Shown: one piece after another, positions 31,485 through 40,541 of the stretch
Layout of the letters: each line of letters starts with the position of its first letter
Numbering within the stretch: the stretch's first letter is position 1
NCBI GenBank assembly: GCA_035560975.1
Contig: DATMYL010000022.1
Span: 921-64,920 of the forward strand
DNA from: Chlorobaculum sp.
GTDB lineage: Bacteria > Bacteroidota > Chlorobiia > Chlorobiales > Chlorobiaceae
Direction of reading: 5' to 3'
DNA: 64,000 nt
Position numbers and translations under genes: made by a program
The notes under the pieces: generated by a model
Database searches by the model: none
The model's input: the letters and a program-made list of their open reading frames with translations, nothing else
What the model was told of the DNA's origin: nothing

Positions 31485-32045
31485 TCAGCGAAGCGTGGCC
31501 GGAGGGGGTGGCGGTGGTCCGGGGTGCTTAATGCCGTGGCGACCGTCTGGCGGACCGCCTCTTATTACGGCGGAACGCTGGTACCGCATGGTATAGATAT
31601 TGCTGAGGAGCGTCCCCAGTGAATCTCGTTGAGCAGGAGTGCAGAGTTCGGCCAGCTCGTGAAAGTGGGTGGCAAGGTCTTTTTCGATCTTTGACTGGCG
31701 CTTGCCGATGCTGTCGGCGATTGAGCTCAGTTTGGCTTTGTCGGGATCGGGTTTGACCGCTTCGTTGATCAGCTCTTTTTTCAGGGCTATGATCTTCTGG
31801 ACTTCAGGCATGGTATTGCGGAAATGCTGTTCCCGGAGTTTCGTGAACTCAGCTTTCTGCTTTTCGTTCAGGGCCAGTTCCTGACTTGAATGAACGTTCC
31901 GGCTGTAATATTGTGTGACCTCGACGGAGCGAAAGCTTCGTGTGGCTATGTTCTGCCACCAGAGCACTCCCAGCAGAGTGATGTTGAGCATGACGAGCAG
32001 GACAAGAGCCGCCGTCACGAGCCGTTTCGAAGAAAGGAAATCCAT
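31485..32045 (-). CDS. Membrane-anchored periplasmic helical protein (Spy/CpxP or CnrX-like heavy-metal-sensor family)
   Basis: N-terminal TM, LNEKQKAEF and CTPAQR (LTXXQ-like), helical body, Pro-rich tail. Confidence 0.7.
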   Translation of the reverse strand: MDFLSSKRLVTAALVLLVMLNITLLGVLWWQNIATRSFRSVEVTQYYSRNVHSSQELALNEKQKAEFTKLREQHFRNTMPEVQKIIALKKELINEAVKPDPDKAKLSSIADSIGKRQSKIEKDLATHFHELAELCTPAQRDSLGTLLSNIYTMRYQRSAVIRGGPPDGRHGIKHPGPPPPPPATLR

Positions 32046-32163
32046 CTGTCACCATTAAGATTTTCGTCGCATGCCGAGGCTGTCTGTGTCTGTTCAGGCA
32101 GCCTCACGGCAATCGCCCATGGTCATGCGGCGTGTTGTTAGTTACTTATCCAATGCCCTCGTT

Positions 32164-32547
32164 TCAGCGATCTGCGGCCGACTGGTCATAATAGGAGAGA
32201 GCCGGCCCGCCATAATCCTCACTGAGCGATTCTGCCAGTCCGCTGGAAACGCTGACCGTCGATTGCGGAGTCTCATGCAGGAAAAACAGCATGGCCGAAG
32301 CGATGTTCAGGATCAGCAGCAGTCCCATGAAAGCCAGCCTTGGATTGAATCCGCCGGCGAAAGCGACGGCAAACGTGTTCCTGCTCTCCAGTGAGTCGAT
32401 GCGCTGCATCAGGTGCGCCCTGAAAAGGTGATGCACCTCAAGCCGCGGCATGTCGTCCAGTATCTTGAGCGTCTTTTCGACCTCAGCGTTATTTTGTTCA
32501 GTGCTTCTGTTCATATCGGTATCATGTTTCAAAATATATGACGACAA
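32164..32547 (-). CDS. Putative small single-TM anti-sigma factor
   Basis: Directly follows the ECF sigma; cytoplasmic 'LDDMPRLEVHHLFRAHLMQRI', one TM, short acidic tail. Alternative start at 32514. Confidence 0.6.
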   Translation of the reverse strand: MSSYILKHDTDMNRSTEQNNAEVEKTLKILDDMPRLEVHHLFRAHLMQRIDSLESRNTFAVAFAGGFNPRLAFMGLLLILNIASAMLFFLHETPQSTVSVSSGLAESLSEDYGGPALSYYDQSAADR

Positions 32548-32578
32548 TGTCCGCGGAAACTTGTGCTTTTCTTGCAGC

Positions 32579-33166
32579 TCAATTGACAGCCCGGTAATGA
32601 CGTTCCAGTCGGGACTGCAGATTTTTTTTTGCCCTGTGGATCAGCGATTCGACCGCAGGGACGGTCGTCTGGAGAATGTCGGCAATCTCCTGATTGCTGT
32701 ATCCGTCCTGCTTGCTCAGGAGGAACGCTGTTTTCTGGTTGTCGGGCAGCGCGTCGAGAGCCTCCTGCAGAACTGCAACCCGCTCCTTGTCTGTGAGTAC
32801 ATCGGCAGGATTGTCATGGTCAGGGGCCGGGATCGAATCGGCAGGATCATCGACTCCGATGATCCTTTTGAGCGAACTGAACCGTTTTTTTCGTTTCTGG
32901 CGTCGCAGGTGGTCAAGTGATTTGCTCACCGCGATCCTGTAAATCCACGTGGATAGTTTGGACTCTTCACGGAACTTGTCGATCGAACGATAGACTTCGA
33001 CGAAAACCTCTTGCGCCAGATCTTCAGCGTCTTCACGGTTGAATACGAATCGGTAGCAGGTATTGACGACCATCTCCTGATGCTCGGCGACAAGATCGCT
33101 GAAAAAGCGTTCTCCTGATGTTATTGCCTGTTGCTCCAATGGTCGAACTTTAGCGTGGGTCTGCAT
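32579..33166 (-). CDS. ECF RNA polymerase sigma factor
   Basis: Region 2 ([25 protein letters not shown]) and region 4 ([22 protein letters not shown]); no region 3. Confidence 0.93.
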   Translation of the reverse strand: MQTHAKVRPLEQQAITSGERFFSDLVAEHQEMVVNTCYRFVFNREDAEDLAQEVFVEVYRSIDKFREESKLSTWIYRIAVSKSLDHLRRQKRKKRFSSLKRIIGVDDPADSIPAPDHDNPADVLTDKERVAVLQEALDALPDNQKTAFLLSKQDGYSNQEIADILQTTVPAVESLIHRAKKNLQSRLERHYRAVN

Positions 33167-33277
33167 CCTTCCCCCTGTCGCCTGAGTGTCGACATGCCGG
33201 AGGAAGGCAGCTTTGTTTCGCTTTCTGAATGATGATGTTACCTGTTGGACGACTGAAAATTCAAATCCATGCGCCGT

Positions 33278-34660
33278 TCAACCGAGTTTTGATGCAAAAG
33301 TGAGTACCGACTCCACTTTTTCCGGAGAGTCCGCTTCGCAATAGATCCTGAGCACCGGTTCTGTCCCCGACGGTCTGATCAGCAGCCAGCCACCCTCGAA
33401 ATGGTATTTGAATCCGTCGAGATTGGAGAATCCGGTCACCGGATATCCGGCAATTGCGGTGAGGCTACCGGTCGACGCGGCGGAAATGATAGCCTCTTTT
33501 TTAGCGTCGGATACACGCAGGTCGAGACGGTTGTAACAGAAAAATCCGTACTCGTCGAAAAGTTCTTCGACAAGGCCGGAGAGCGTTTTCTGCCTGCGGG
33601 CCATGATTTCGAGAAGCAGCAGTCCGATATAGACGCCATCCCGTTCCGGCAGGAAGGAGGTGATGCCGATTCCTCCGGACTCTTCGCCTCCGATGAGGAT
33701 GTCGTTTGTGGTCATCAGACGGCTGACATGCTTGAATCCGACAGGAAGCAGGTGCATTTTGAGGTCGTGTTTGCTGCAGATCCTGTCGATGACGTCGGTC
33801 AGTGCGAATGTTTTGGCAACCTCGCCCCGCTCGCCTTTCTGTTCGACGAGGTATTTGAGGATGATGGCGAACATTTTGTGCGAATCTACGAACACGCCGT
33901 TCTCGTCGAGCATGCCTACGCGGTCGGCATCTCCGTCGTTGATGATGGCGACGTCGGTCTTGACCTCGTTGAAGAAATCAACGAAATCGCCGATATACTG
34001 CGGAATCGGTTCAGGGTTGATTCCGTCGAATCCGGGATTTACCGAGCAGTGGTAGCAGTTGATCATCGATTCGTCGAGCAGGCGGGTAATGAGATCCTGT
34101 CCAGCGCCGAACATGGCGTTATGGGCGATTTTCAGCTGCGATTCCCTGATCAGCGCGAGGTCCAGCTTCGATTTGAGGTAGTCGACGTAATGGGTCTTGA
34201 TATCGGTCATCGTGATCAGGTTCGTCGCAGGGACGGCCGGATCAGCGGGATCGACCGTGAGGAGGTTCCTTTCGATCTCATCGATGACTTCGGGGTGGGC
34301 CGGACCTCCGTAGGAGGCTTTAACCTTGAACCCGTTGTATATGGGAGGATTGTGCGATGCAGTGATCATGACTCCGCCGGCAAGACGGTGGTCGCGTGTA
34401 TAGAGAGAGACTGCGGGGGTCGAAACGAAGGCGTCCGAGAGGAAAACCCTGAGGCCCATCGATGAAAGTATTTCAGCTGTATAGCGGGCAAACTCTTTCG
34501 ACATGAATCGGGTGTCGTAGCCGACGCATACTCCGTTTGCCCTGTCGGGATGGGAGAGGAAATATTTCCCGGAGGCCAGGGCGGTCAATTTGAGATTATC
34601 GTAAGTGTAGTCTTTGGCTATAATTGCCCTCCAACCATCGGTTCCGAATTTGACTTGCAT
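33278..34660 (-). CDS. Phosphoglucomutase/phosphomannomutase family protein
   Basis: FGTDGWR, TASHNP, DGDADR, GGEESGG, RPSGTEP. Confidence 0.92.
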   Translation of the reverse strand: MQVKFGTDGWRAIIAKDYTYDNLKLTALASGKYFLSHPDRANGVCVGYDTRFMSKEFARYTAEILSSMGLRVFLSDAFVSTPAVSLYTRDHRLAGGVMITASHNPPIYNGFKVKASYGGPAHPEVIDEIERNLLTVDPADPAVPATNLITMTDIKTHYVDYLKSKLDLALIRESQLKIAHNAMFGAGQDLITRLLDESMINCYHCSVNPGFDGINPEPIPQYIGDFVDFFNEVKTDVAIINDGDADRVGMLDENGVFVDSHKMFAIILKYLVEQKGERGEVAKTFALTDVIDRICSKHDLKMHLLPVGFKHVSRLMTTNDILIGGEESGGIGITSFLPERDGVYIGLLLLEIMARRQKTLSGLVEELFDEYGFFCYNRLDLRVSDAKKEAIISAASTGSLTAIAGYPVTGFSNLDGFKYHFEGGWLLIRPSGTEPVLRIYCEADSPEKVESVLTFASKLG

Positions 34661-34785
34661 TCTGTCGTATATTTGATATAATGATGAAAAAAAATGGGTG
34701 CATTTGCCTGGTTATTCTCCACTTCCGGAGCATACGCGTATATTAAAATACAGTTTCCTGTTCGATGATGCAATTTCAGCAGCAA

Positions 34786-35931
34786 ATGCGCCAAAAGAAG
34801 CTCTTTGTGCTCGCTGGCGAAGTTTCCGGCGATCTTCATGCTGCAGGTCCGGTACGCGAACTTCTCAAGGCCCGTCCTGAGACCAGGATTTTCGGCGTTG
34901 GCGGTACGAAGTTGCGCGAGCTTGGTGCCGATCTGCTCTATACGACTGACCAGATGAGCATCATGGGGTTCGTCGAAGTGCTTCGTCACGCTTCCTTTCT
35001 GCGCAAGGTTATTCGTGACCTCAAGCAGGCGGTGAAACGTGAAAAGCCCGATGCAGCCCTCCTGATAGACTATCCCGGCATGAACCTCCACATGGCGGCT
35101 TTTCTGCGTGAACTCGGTATTCCCGTGATCTACTACATTTCACCCCAGGTCTGGGCATGGAAGGAGCGTAGAGTCGAGAAAATCCGGGCATATGTCGACC
35201 GGCTGCTCGTAATATTCGATTTCGAAGTGGAGTTTTATGGCAGGCATGGCATTAAAGCCGAGTTCGTCGGCAATCCGGTGGTCGAGGAGCTTGCAGATCT
35301 CGAGTTTCCTTCAAGGCAGCAATTTCTTGAGAGGATGGGTATCGATCCGCAGTGCCGCCTGGTCGGACTGCTTCCGGGGAGTCGCAGGCAGGAGATCGAA
35401 AAGATATTTCCCGAAATGCTCGGTGCGGCACTGCGTCTTCAGCAGACGGGCAGAACGGCATTTCTCCTCGGCAAGTCCCCTCATATCGACATTTCGATCT
35501 ACGAGCGCCACATCCGTAAAGCCGGCCTTCAACCGGTGATCTGCGGATCGTACGAGGTGATGCATTACAGTGACCTGGAGCTGGTGACATCCGGCACGGC
35601 AACCCTCGAGTCGCTCTGCTTCGGCGTGCCCATGGTTGTGCTCTACAAGACGGCCCCGCTGAACTACCTGATCGGCAAACGTCTGGTCAAACTTAAGAAC
35701 ATCGCACTTGCCAATATCGTCGCGTGCGGCCTGCATTCGGAACGGCAGGTAGTGCCTGAACTGATCCAGGCCAGGGCCAATGCCGTCGAAATAAGCCGGA
35801 AGGCGCAGGAGATACTCGAGGACGGCAAGGTATCATCGGCAATGCGGGAAGGACTCCGTGAAGCCCGGTCGCGCCTCTCCTCGGATTCTCCGTCCCGTCA
35901 CGTCGCCGCCGTACTGCTCGAATACCTCTAA
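34786..35931 (+). CDS. lpxB: Lipid-A-disaccharide synthase
   Basis: AGEVSGDLHA, IDYPGMN, YYISPQVWAW, LLPGSRRQE, SGTATLE. Confidence 0.96.
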   Translation: MRQKKLFVLAGEVSGDLHAAGPVRELLKARPETRIFGVGGTKLRELGADLLYTTDQMSIMGFVEVLRHASFLRKVIRDLKQAVKREKPDAALLIDYPGMNLHMAAFLRELGIPVIYYISPQVWAWKERRVEKIRAYVDRLLVIFDFEVEFYGRHGIKAEFVGNPVVEELADLEFPSRQQFLERMGIDPQCRLVGLLPGSRRQEIEKIFPEMLGAALRLQQTGRTAFLLGKSPHIDISIYERHIRKAGLQPVICGSYEVMHYSDLELVTSGTATLESLCFGVPMVVLYKTAPLNYLIGKRLVKLKNIALANIVACGLHSERQVVPELIQARANAVEISRKAQEILEDGKVSSAMREGLREARSRLSSDSPSRHVAAVLLEYL

Positions 35932-35941
35932 ACGACGCCCT

Positions 35942-36241
35942 ATGAAAAACGTAATCGATTTTCTGACAGGAAATCCTGTGATCTTTGGTATCGCCGTGAT
36001 CGTCTCGCTCATGATAGTCTTTTCATTCGCGAAACGGATCATCCATTTCATTCTTGTACTCATAGCCATCGCCGTGCTCTATATCGCCTGGGTGACCTGG
36101 CATGGCGGCAACCCCGTGGAGAAAGCCGGCAAGGCCGAACAATCGTTCAAGGGAGCAGTTCACAAGGGTGATGGGATGCTGAAGACGATCCAGGGGTTGT
36201 TCAAGCATGACGAACCGGCTCCGGGAAAGGATAGGGAATGA
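35942..36241 (+). CDS. Small hypothetical membrane protein
   Basis: Two TM segments followed by a charged tail; starts 10 nt after lpxB. Confidence 0.7.
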   Translation: MKNVIDFLTGNPVIFGIAVIVSLMIVFSFAKRIIHFILVLIAIAVLYIAWVTWHGGNPVEKAGKAEQSFKGAVHKGDGMLKTIQGLFKHDEPAPGKDRE

Positions 36242-36366
36242 CGGGGAGGGAGCCCGGCTCTCTCAGGGATCTGCGTTCCATCCGCAAATGACGAAAGGGC
36301 GGTTCGCGATCCGCCCCGCCACAAGACGATTAATAGCGGCGCCCTTATGAGACAGCTCCCTTTTTT

Positions 36367-38334
36367 TCAGGATTTCCTTTCGCTGATCGCTCCGGTCGGG
36401 CAGTTCTCGATCAGTTCGGCATAGGCGACGGCCTGACCTTCGCCACTCGATTCGATTGTGCGCACACAGATGCCGCAATCGACACATTTTTCCCTCTCGA
36501 ACCTGACAACTCCAGAGCTGTCGATGCTGAAATTCTCATGGGTTTCAGAGCCGGGGCAGGACGCGACCCCGAATTCGGTCGCCAGGTCGCGTAACCGGCA
36601 GTCATCGACCGCACGGCATCTGCACTGGAGGCAGCGAAACGCCTCGTTTCGGGCATCTTCAGGAGTGTAGCCGGAAACCGCTTCGCTGAAGCTTCGGCGC
36701 CTCTCCATGGCGGGAAGTTCCGGTACCGGTATCCTCGCAGCGGGCCGCGCACGCTCGTAGAAACGGCTCGGCGCCTGGTCGCGCTCTCCATAGGAAGAGT
36801 TGAACGCCCGAACGGGGCCTTCTGGCGAAAGGCCCCTGAGGAACCGGTCTATGGCTTCGGCAGCAAGCCTGCCCTGTTCGACGGCCCTTATGGCCAGGTC
36901 GGGGCCGGTCACGCAGTCTCCGCCGGCAAAAATTTCGGGGACATCCGTCTGCATCGAGCCGGATCTGACGCGGACGTTGCCGTTCCTGTCGACGCCGATG
37001 CCAGGCGCGGCTTCTGCGGGCAGACGCACGAACTGGCCTGTAGCCGTGATGAGCGTGTCGGCCGTTATGGTGAATTCGGAGCCCTCGACAGGGAGAGGTC
37101 GCCTCCGCCCGCTGGCGTCGGCTTCACCGAGACGCATCGCGATCGCCCTGACGGCAAGTCCGTCGGCCGTTTTTTCGATTTCCAGGGGTGCCGACAGCAG
37201 GAGAAGCTCGACTCCTTCGGCGACAGCCTCCTCGATTTCGATCCGGTTCGCAGGCATCTCGTTTCTTCCCCTCCTGTACATCACGGTAACCGATTCGGCT
37301 CCGAGCCTCAGTGCAGTCCGTGCCGCATCGATGGCCGTGTTGCCGCCGCCGACCACGATGACCGATCGACCGGGGTTCTGCGCGGCGCCGGATGCGGCGT
37401 CGCGGAGGAATCTGATGCCGCTGACCACACCCTCCAGCTCTTCACCCGGGATGTCGAGTGGTGAGGCTGCGGCTGCACCGATGCTGAGAAAGAGGGCGTC
37501 ATGATCCTGTTTGAGGTGCGGCCAGTCGATGTCCCTGCCGAACTCCGTCGAAAGGCTGAACCGGGCCCCCATTTCCACGATGGGTTCTACGTCTGCGTCG
37601 ATGACCGCATCGGGCAGCCGGAACTTCGGGATGCCGTAACGCATCATGCCGCCGGCCTTCTCGTTTGCGTCGACGATGGTGACCTCGTGACCCGCGACGA
37701 GCAGGAACCATGCGGCAGTAAGCCCGGCAGGGCCTGCACCGACGATGGCCACTTTTTTGCCTGAGGCAGCCTGTCGTTCAGGAAGCGACGGTTCATCAGC
37801 GGTTGCCTGGTCGGCAGCGAAGCGTTTCAGGGCGCAGATCGAAACAGGCTCGTCGACGCCGTGCCTCCGGCAGGCGTCTTCGCACGGGGCGGGGCAGACC
37901 CGGCCGAGGATTCCCGGCAGAGGGATGGTCTGCCTGATGATCCTGACAGCGTCAACGTCGCGACCGGAAGCGATGGCCGCGACGAATCCGGGTATGTTGC
38001 ATCCTGCAGGGCAGGAGAGCTCGCAGGGCCCGAGGCAGTCGCCGCAATGAACGGCGATGATGCGTTCGAGGCTCTGGCGTCGCATGGCATCGAGTTCCGC
38101 ATTCGAAGTTTCGACGACCATCCCTTCGGATACTGCGGTGTTGCAGCCCGGAATGAAACGGTTCTGTCCCTTGATCTCCACGATGCAGAGCCAGCAGGAG
38201 CCTCTGGACGGCAGTGCTTCATGGAAACAGAGGGTGGGGATATGGATGCCGTTGCCGCGGGCGGCTTCGAGGATCGAGAGTCCGGGTTCTACCGATATTC
38301 TTCGGCCGTCGATGGTGAGTGTGACGGGTTTCAT
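36367..38334 (-). CDS. Multi-Fe-S FAD/NAD(P)H oxidoreductase (NuoG/HydA-type 2Fe-2S N-terminus fused to a GltD/SudA-like core)
   Basis: IPTLC...SCWLC...C (2Fe-2S), CGDCLGPCELSCP...CGRVCPAPCEDAC, GAGPAG, GGGNTA, AGGD, RCLQCRC, CVDCGIC...CPTGAI. Confidence 0.85.
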   Translation of the reverse strand: MKPVTLTIDGRRISVEPGLSILEAARGNGIHIPTLCFHEALPSRGSCWLCIVEIKGQNRFIPGCNTAVSEGMVVETSNAELDAMRRQSLERIIAVHCGDCLGPCELSCPAGCNIPGFVAAIASGRDVDAVRIIRQTIPLPGILGRVCPAPCEDACRRHGVDEPVSICALKRFAADQATADEPSLPERQAASGKKVAIVGAGPAGLTAAWFLLVAGHEVTIVDANEKAGGMMRYGIPKFRLPDAVIDADVEPIVEMGARFSLSTEFGRDIDWPHLKQDHDALFLSIGAAAASPLDIPGEELEGVVSGIRFLRDAASGAAQNPGRSVIVVGGGNTAIDAARTALRLGAESVTVMYRRGRNEMPANRIEIEEAVAEGVELLLLSAPLEIEKTADGLAVRAIAMRLGEADASGRRRPLPVEGSEFTITADTLITATGQFVRLPAEAAPGIGVDRNGNVRVRSGSMQTDVPEIFAGGDCVTGPDLAIRAVEQGRLAAEAIDRFLRGLSPEGPVRAFNSSYGERDQAPSRFYERARPAARIPVPELPAMERRRSFSEAVSGYTPEDARNEAFRCLQCRCRAVDDCRLRDLATEFGVASCPGSETHENFSIDSSGVVRFEREKCVDCGICVRTIESSGEGQAVAYAELIENCPTGAISERKS

Positions 38335-38397
38335 GGTCAGTGTCGTTTCATGGTTGCCTTGCGGCTATGCCTTACTGCCCGCTGACTCAACGCACGA

Positions 38398-39393
38398 TTA
38401 TGCGAGAGGTGCAGGGGAGCCATGGCCGTATGTCCTTTCGATATGCCGGGCGACTTGCTCGAGGTGCCACATCGGAGTCGAGGTGGCGCCGCAGATTCCT
38501 ACGCTCTCCACAGACCCTCCCTCGGGAGTCGTGAACCATTCAGGCCGGATTTCGTCTATGTCTTCGATGAAGTAGCTGTGCGGGTTGGCCTCCCTGCAGA
38601 TCAGGTAGAGTACCTGGCCGTTCGAGCTTTTTTTACCGGCCACGAAGACGATGCAGCTGTTGGCGAGAGCGAAATCCCGCAGCTTGTCGTTGCGGCTCGA
38701 GACCTGGCGGCAGATGGAGTCCTTGAAGACCAGGGTCGGCATGGGGCGAACGCCGGTCATGTCGGCCGTGATGTCGATATCCCTGATAGCCATCCATGAT
38801 CTTGCCGCTCCATTGCCTTCGACGGTGTTTCCGGCGAAAAGGCGTTCGAGGTTCGACTTCAGTTCGTAAAAGCCGGGCACGTCCATGGTGGTCTGGGAGA
38901 TCAGAGCCGTTTTCCGGTTCAGGTCGAGCGTGGCAGTTTCCGAAGGGTCAGAGAGGTCGGCATGTTTGATGATGACGCCCTGGTTTGCGCACTGGCCGTT
39001 GATGCCGATCACCTCCGGATGGGTGCTCTTGCCGTAGATGACGACCTGGTAGCCGAGTTCGTGCAGCAGGCGGGCCGTCCTCTGCAGCTTCGAAACGACC
39101 GGGCATGTGGTGTCGGTGATCGCAAGGTTGTTCTTCCTCGCCGTTTCATAGGTAGACGGAGGTTCGCCGTGGGCGCGGATCAGAACGCCCGCATCTTTGA
39201 GTTCATCGAACGTTTTTTCGTCGATGGTCGTGAGCCCGATCGCCTCGAGCCGGCGGACTTCGACTTCGTTGTGGACCACATCCCCCAGGGAATAGAGGCT
39301 GCCGGACTCCCTGAGCTTCTCCTCAGCGACATGGATCGTGCCCTGCACGCCGATGCAGAATCCGGATGATGTTCTGTCAAGGTTTACTTTCAC
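38398..39393 (-). CDS. ispH: 4-hydroxy-3-methylbut-2-enyl diphosphate reductase
   Basis: GFCIGV, VHN, RAHG, DTTCPVV, QTT, SICRQV, KSSN, GATSTP; GTG start at 39393. Confidence 0.95.
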   Translation of the reverse strand: MKVNLDRTSSGFCIGVQGTIHVAEEKLRESGSLYSLGDVVHNEVEVRRLEAIGLTTIDEKTFDELKDAGVLIRAHGEPPSTYETARKNNLAITDTTCPVVSKLQRTARLLHELGYQVVIYGKSTHPEVIGINGQCANQGVIIKHADLSDPSETATLDLNRKTALISQTTMDVPGFYELKSNLERLFAGNTVEGNGAARSWMAIRDIDITADMTGVRPMPTLVFKDSICRQVSSRNDKLRDFALANSCIVFVAGKKSSNGQVLYLICREANPHSYFIEDIDEIRPEWFTTPEGGSVESVGICGATSTPMWHLEQVARHIERTYGHGSPAPLA

Positions 39394-39473
39394 GTGAGCT
39401 TCGTTCGGTCTAAGGGGACGGTCGTCGGTAATTCTGGTTCTGAGGCGGAAAGATACGAAAAGAGAAGGAAAAT

Positions 39474-39518
39474 GACGGACGTAATGGACTGAATGGACGT
39501 CATGGACGTGATGGACTT
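39474..39518 (+). repeat. 9-bp-period ATGGAC array (5 units)
   Basis: GGAC at 39477, 39486, 39495, 39504, 39513. Confidence 0.9.
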
Positions 39519-39553
39519 GATAAAACACGACCATCGAGCCATCTATCTTTCAT

Positions 39554-39630
39554 TATCAACTATCAACTATCAACTATCAACTGTCAACTATCCATTGTCC
39601 ATTATCCATTATCCATTGTCCATTATCCCT
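39554..39630 (+). repeat. 7-bp tandem array (11 units) grading from TATCAAC to TATCCAT/TGTCCAT
   Basis: TATCAAC x4, TGTCAAC, TATCCAT, TGTCCAT, TATCCAT x2, TGTCCAT, TATCCCT. Confidence 0.92.
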
Positions 39631-39635
39631 TTCCC

Positions 39636-40454
39636 CTACATTCCGACGAGCTCAACGTCCGGCATCTCCGTTCCCATGAAAAGGCGGTAAAGTTCGCGGA
39701 ACTTCTGGGGAAGGTCGCTGACCATGAGGTGCGGCATTGCCTGTCCGGTGCCGGTGTTCAGCATACCTTCGGCCGAGAGCAGCTCGCTGGCTTTGCAGGC
39801 GACGGCTTCGGCTGAATCGATAATCCTGATGCCGGGTCCGGTGATGCTTTCGATCATGCCGCGGAGGATAGGGTAGTGAGTGCAGCCGAGCACCAGGGTG
39901 TCGATCTGTCTGGAGAGCAGCTCCGAAAGGTACTCCTCGGCAACGAGGCGGGTGGCCGCATGGTCGATGAAACCCTCTTCGGCAAGCGGTACGAACAGCG
40001 GGCAGGCTTTCGAGAAGACCTCGAGGTTGCTGTCCAGTTCATTGATGGCGCAGGCGTACGCGTTCGAAAAGATGGTCGCCTGGGTGCCGATGACGCCGAT
40101 GCGCCCGGTACGGGTCTGCCGAGCGGCGAGCTCCGCACCTGCCTTCAGGACGCCGATGACCGGGATGTCGCCGCTTGTCTGCTGGACCACGTCGAGCGCG
40201 AGGGCCGACACGGTGTTGCAGGCCACGATGATCATTTTCGGTTGATGCTTCATCAGGAGTTCGGTGTCCTCGCGGCCGTATTTCCTGATGGTGACCTGGG
40301 ATTTCGGTCCGTAAGGTACGCGGGCCGTATCGCCGAAATAGATGATCCGCTCGGAAGGAAGGCAAGCCTGGACAGCCTTGACGACGGTCAGGCCGCCGAT
40401 GCCCGAGTCGAAAATTCCGATCGGGCTGTCAGGCGAAATCTTGTGCTGCGGCAT
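39636..40454 (-). CDS. murI: Glutamate racemase
   Basis: [31 protein letters not shown]; start placed at MPQHK. Confidence 0.96.
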   Translation of the reverse strand: MPQHKISPDSPIGIFDSGIGGLTVVKAVQACLPSERIIYFGDTARVPYGPKSQVTIRKYGREDTELLMKHQPKMIIVACNTVSALALDVVQQTSGDIPVIGVLKAGAELAARQTRTGRIGVIGTQATIFSNAYACAINELDSNLEVFSKACPLFVPLAEEGFIDHAATRLVAEEYLSELLSRQIDTLVLGCTHYPILRGMIESITGPGIRIIDSAEAVACKASELLSAEGMLNTGTGQAMPHLMVSDLPQKFRELYRLFMGTEMPDVELVGM

Positions 40455-40490
40455 GAGATTGTTACGATGTGAAGGAAGCGCAGTTCCCTC

Positions 40491-40527
40491 TTTGTCCTTT
40501 ATGTCCCTTAAGTCCCTTTGGTCCTTT
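40491..40527 (-). repeat. Single-arm 9-bp-period GTCC array (4 units)
   Basis: GTCC at 40494, 40503, 40512, 40521; reverse complement nearly matches the left arm at 27352-27382. Confidence 0.88.
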
Positions 40528-40541
40528 TCCCCTGAGTTCAA

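Noticed and set aside
33190-33215. CCGGAGGAAGGCAGC resembling the SRP RNA domain IV motif
   Set aside because: It lacks the CAGG...GGAA...AGCAG arrangement and the long flanking helix.
39394-39534. N-terminal His-rich extension of IspH ([11 protein letters not shown]) and the extension of MurI (40455-40541) in the ORF track
   Set aside because: They are translations of the 9-bp arrays; family-typical starts lie at 39393 (GTG) and 40454.
39474-39630. CRISPR array or DGR template (also considered for 27328-27470 and 44413-44550)
   Set aside because: Units are 7-9 bp and contiguous with no unique spacers, and there is no cas, reverse transcriptase or TR/VR pair in the window.
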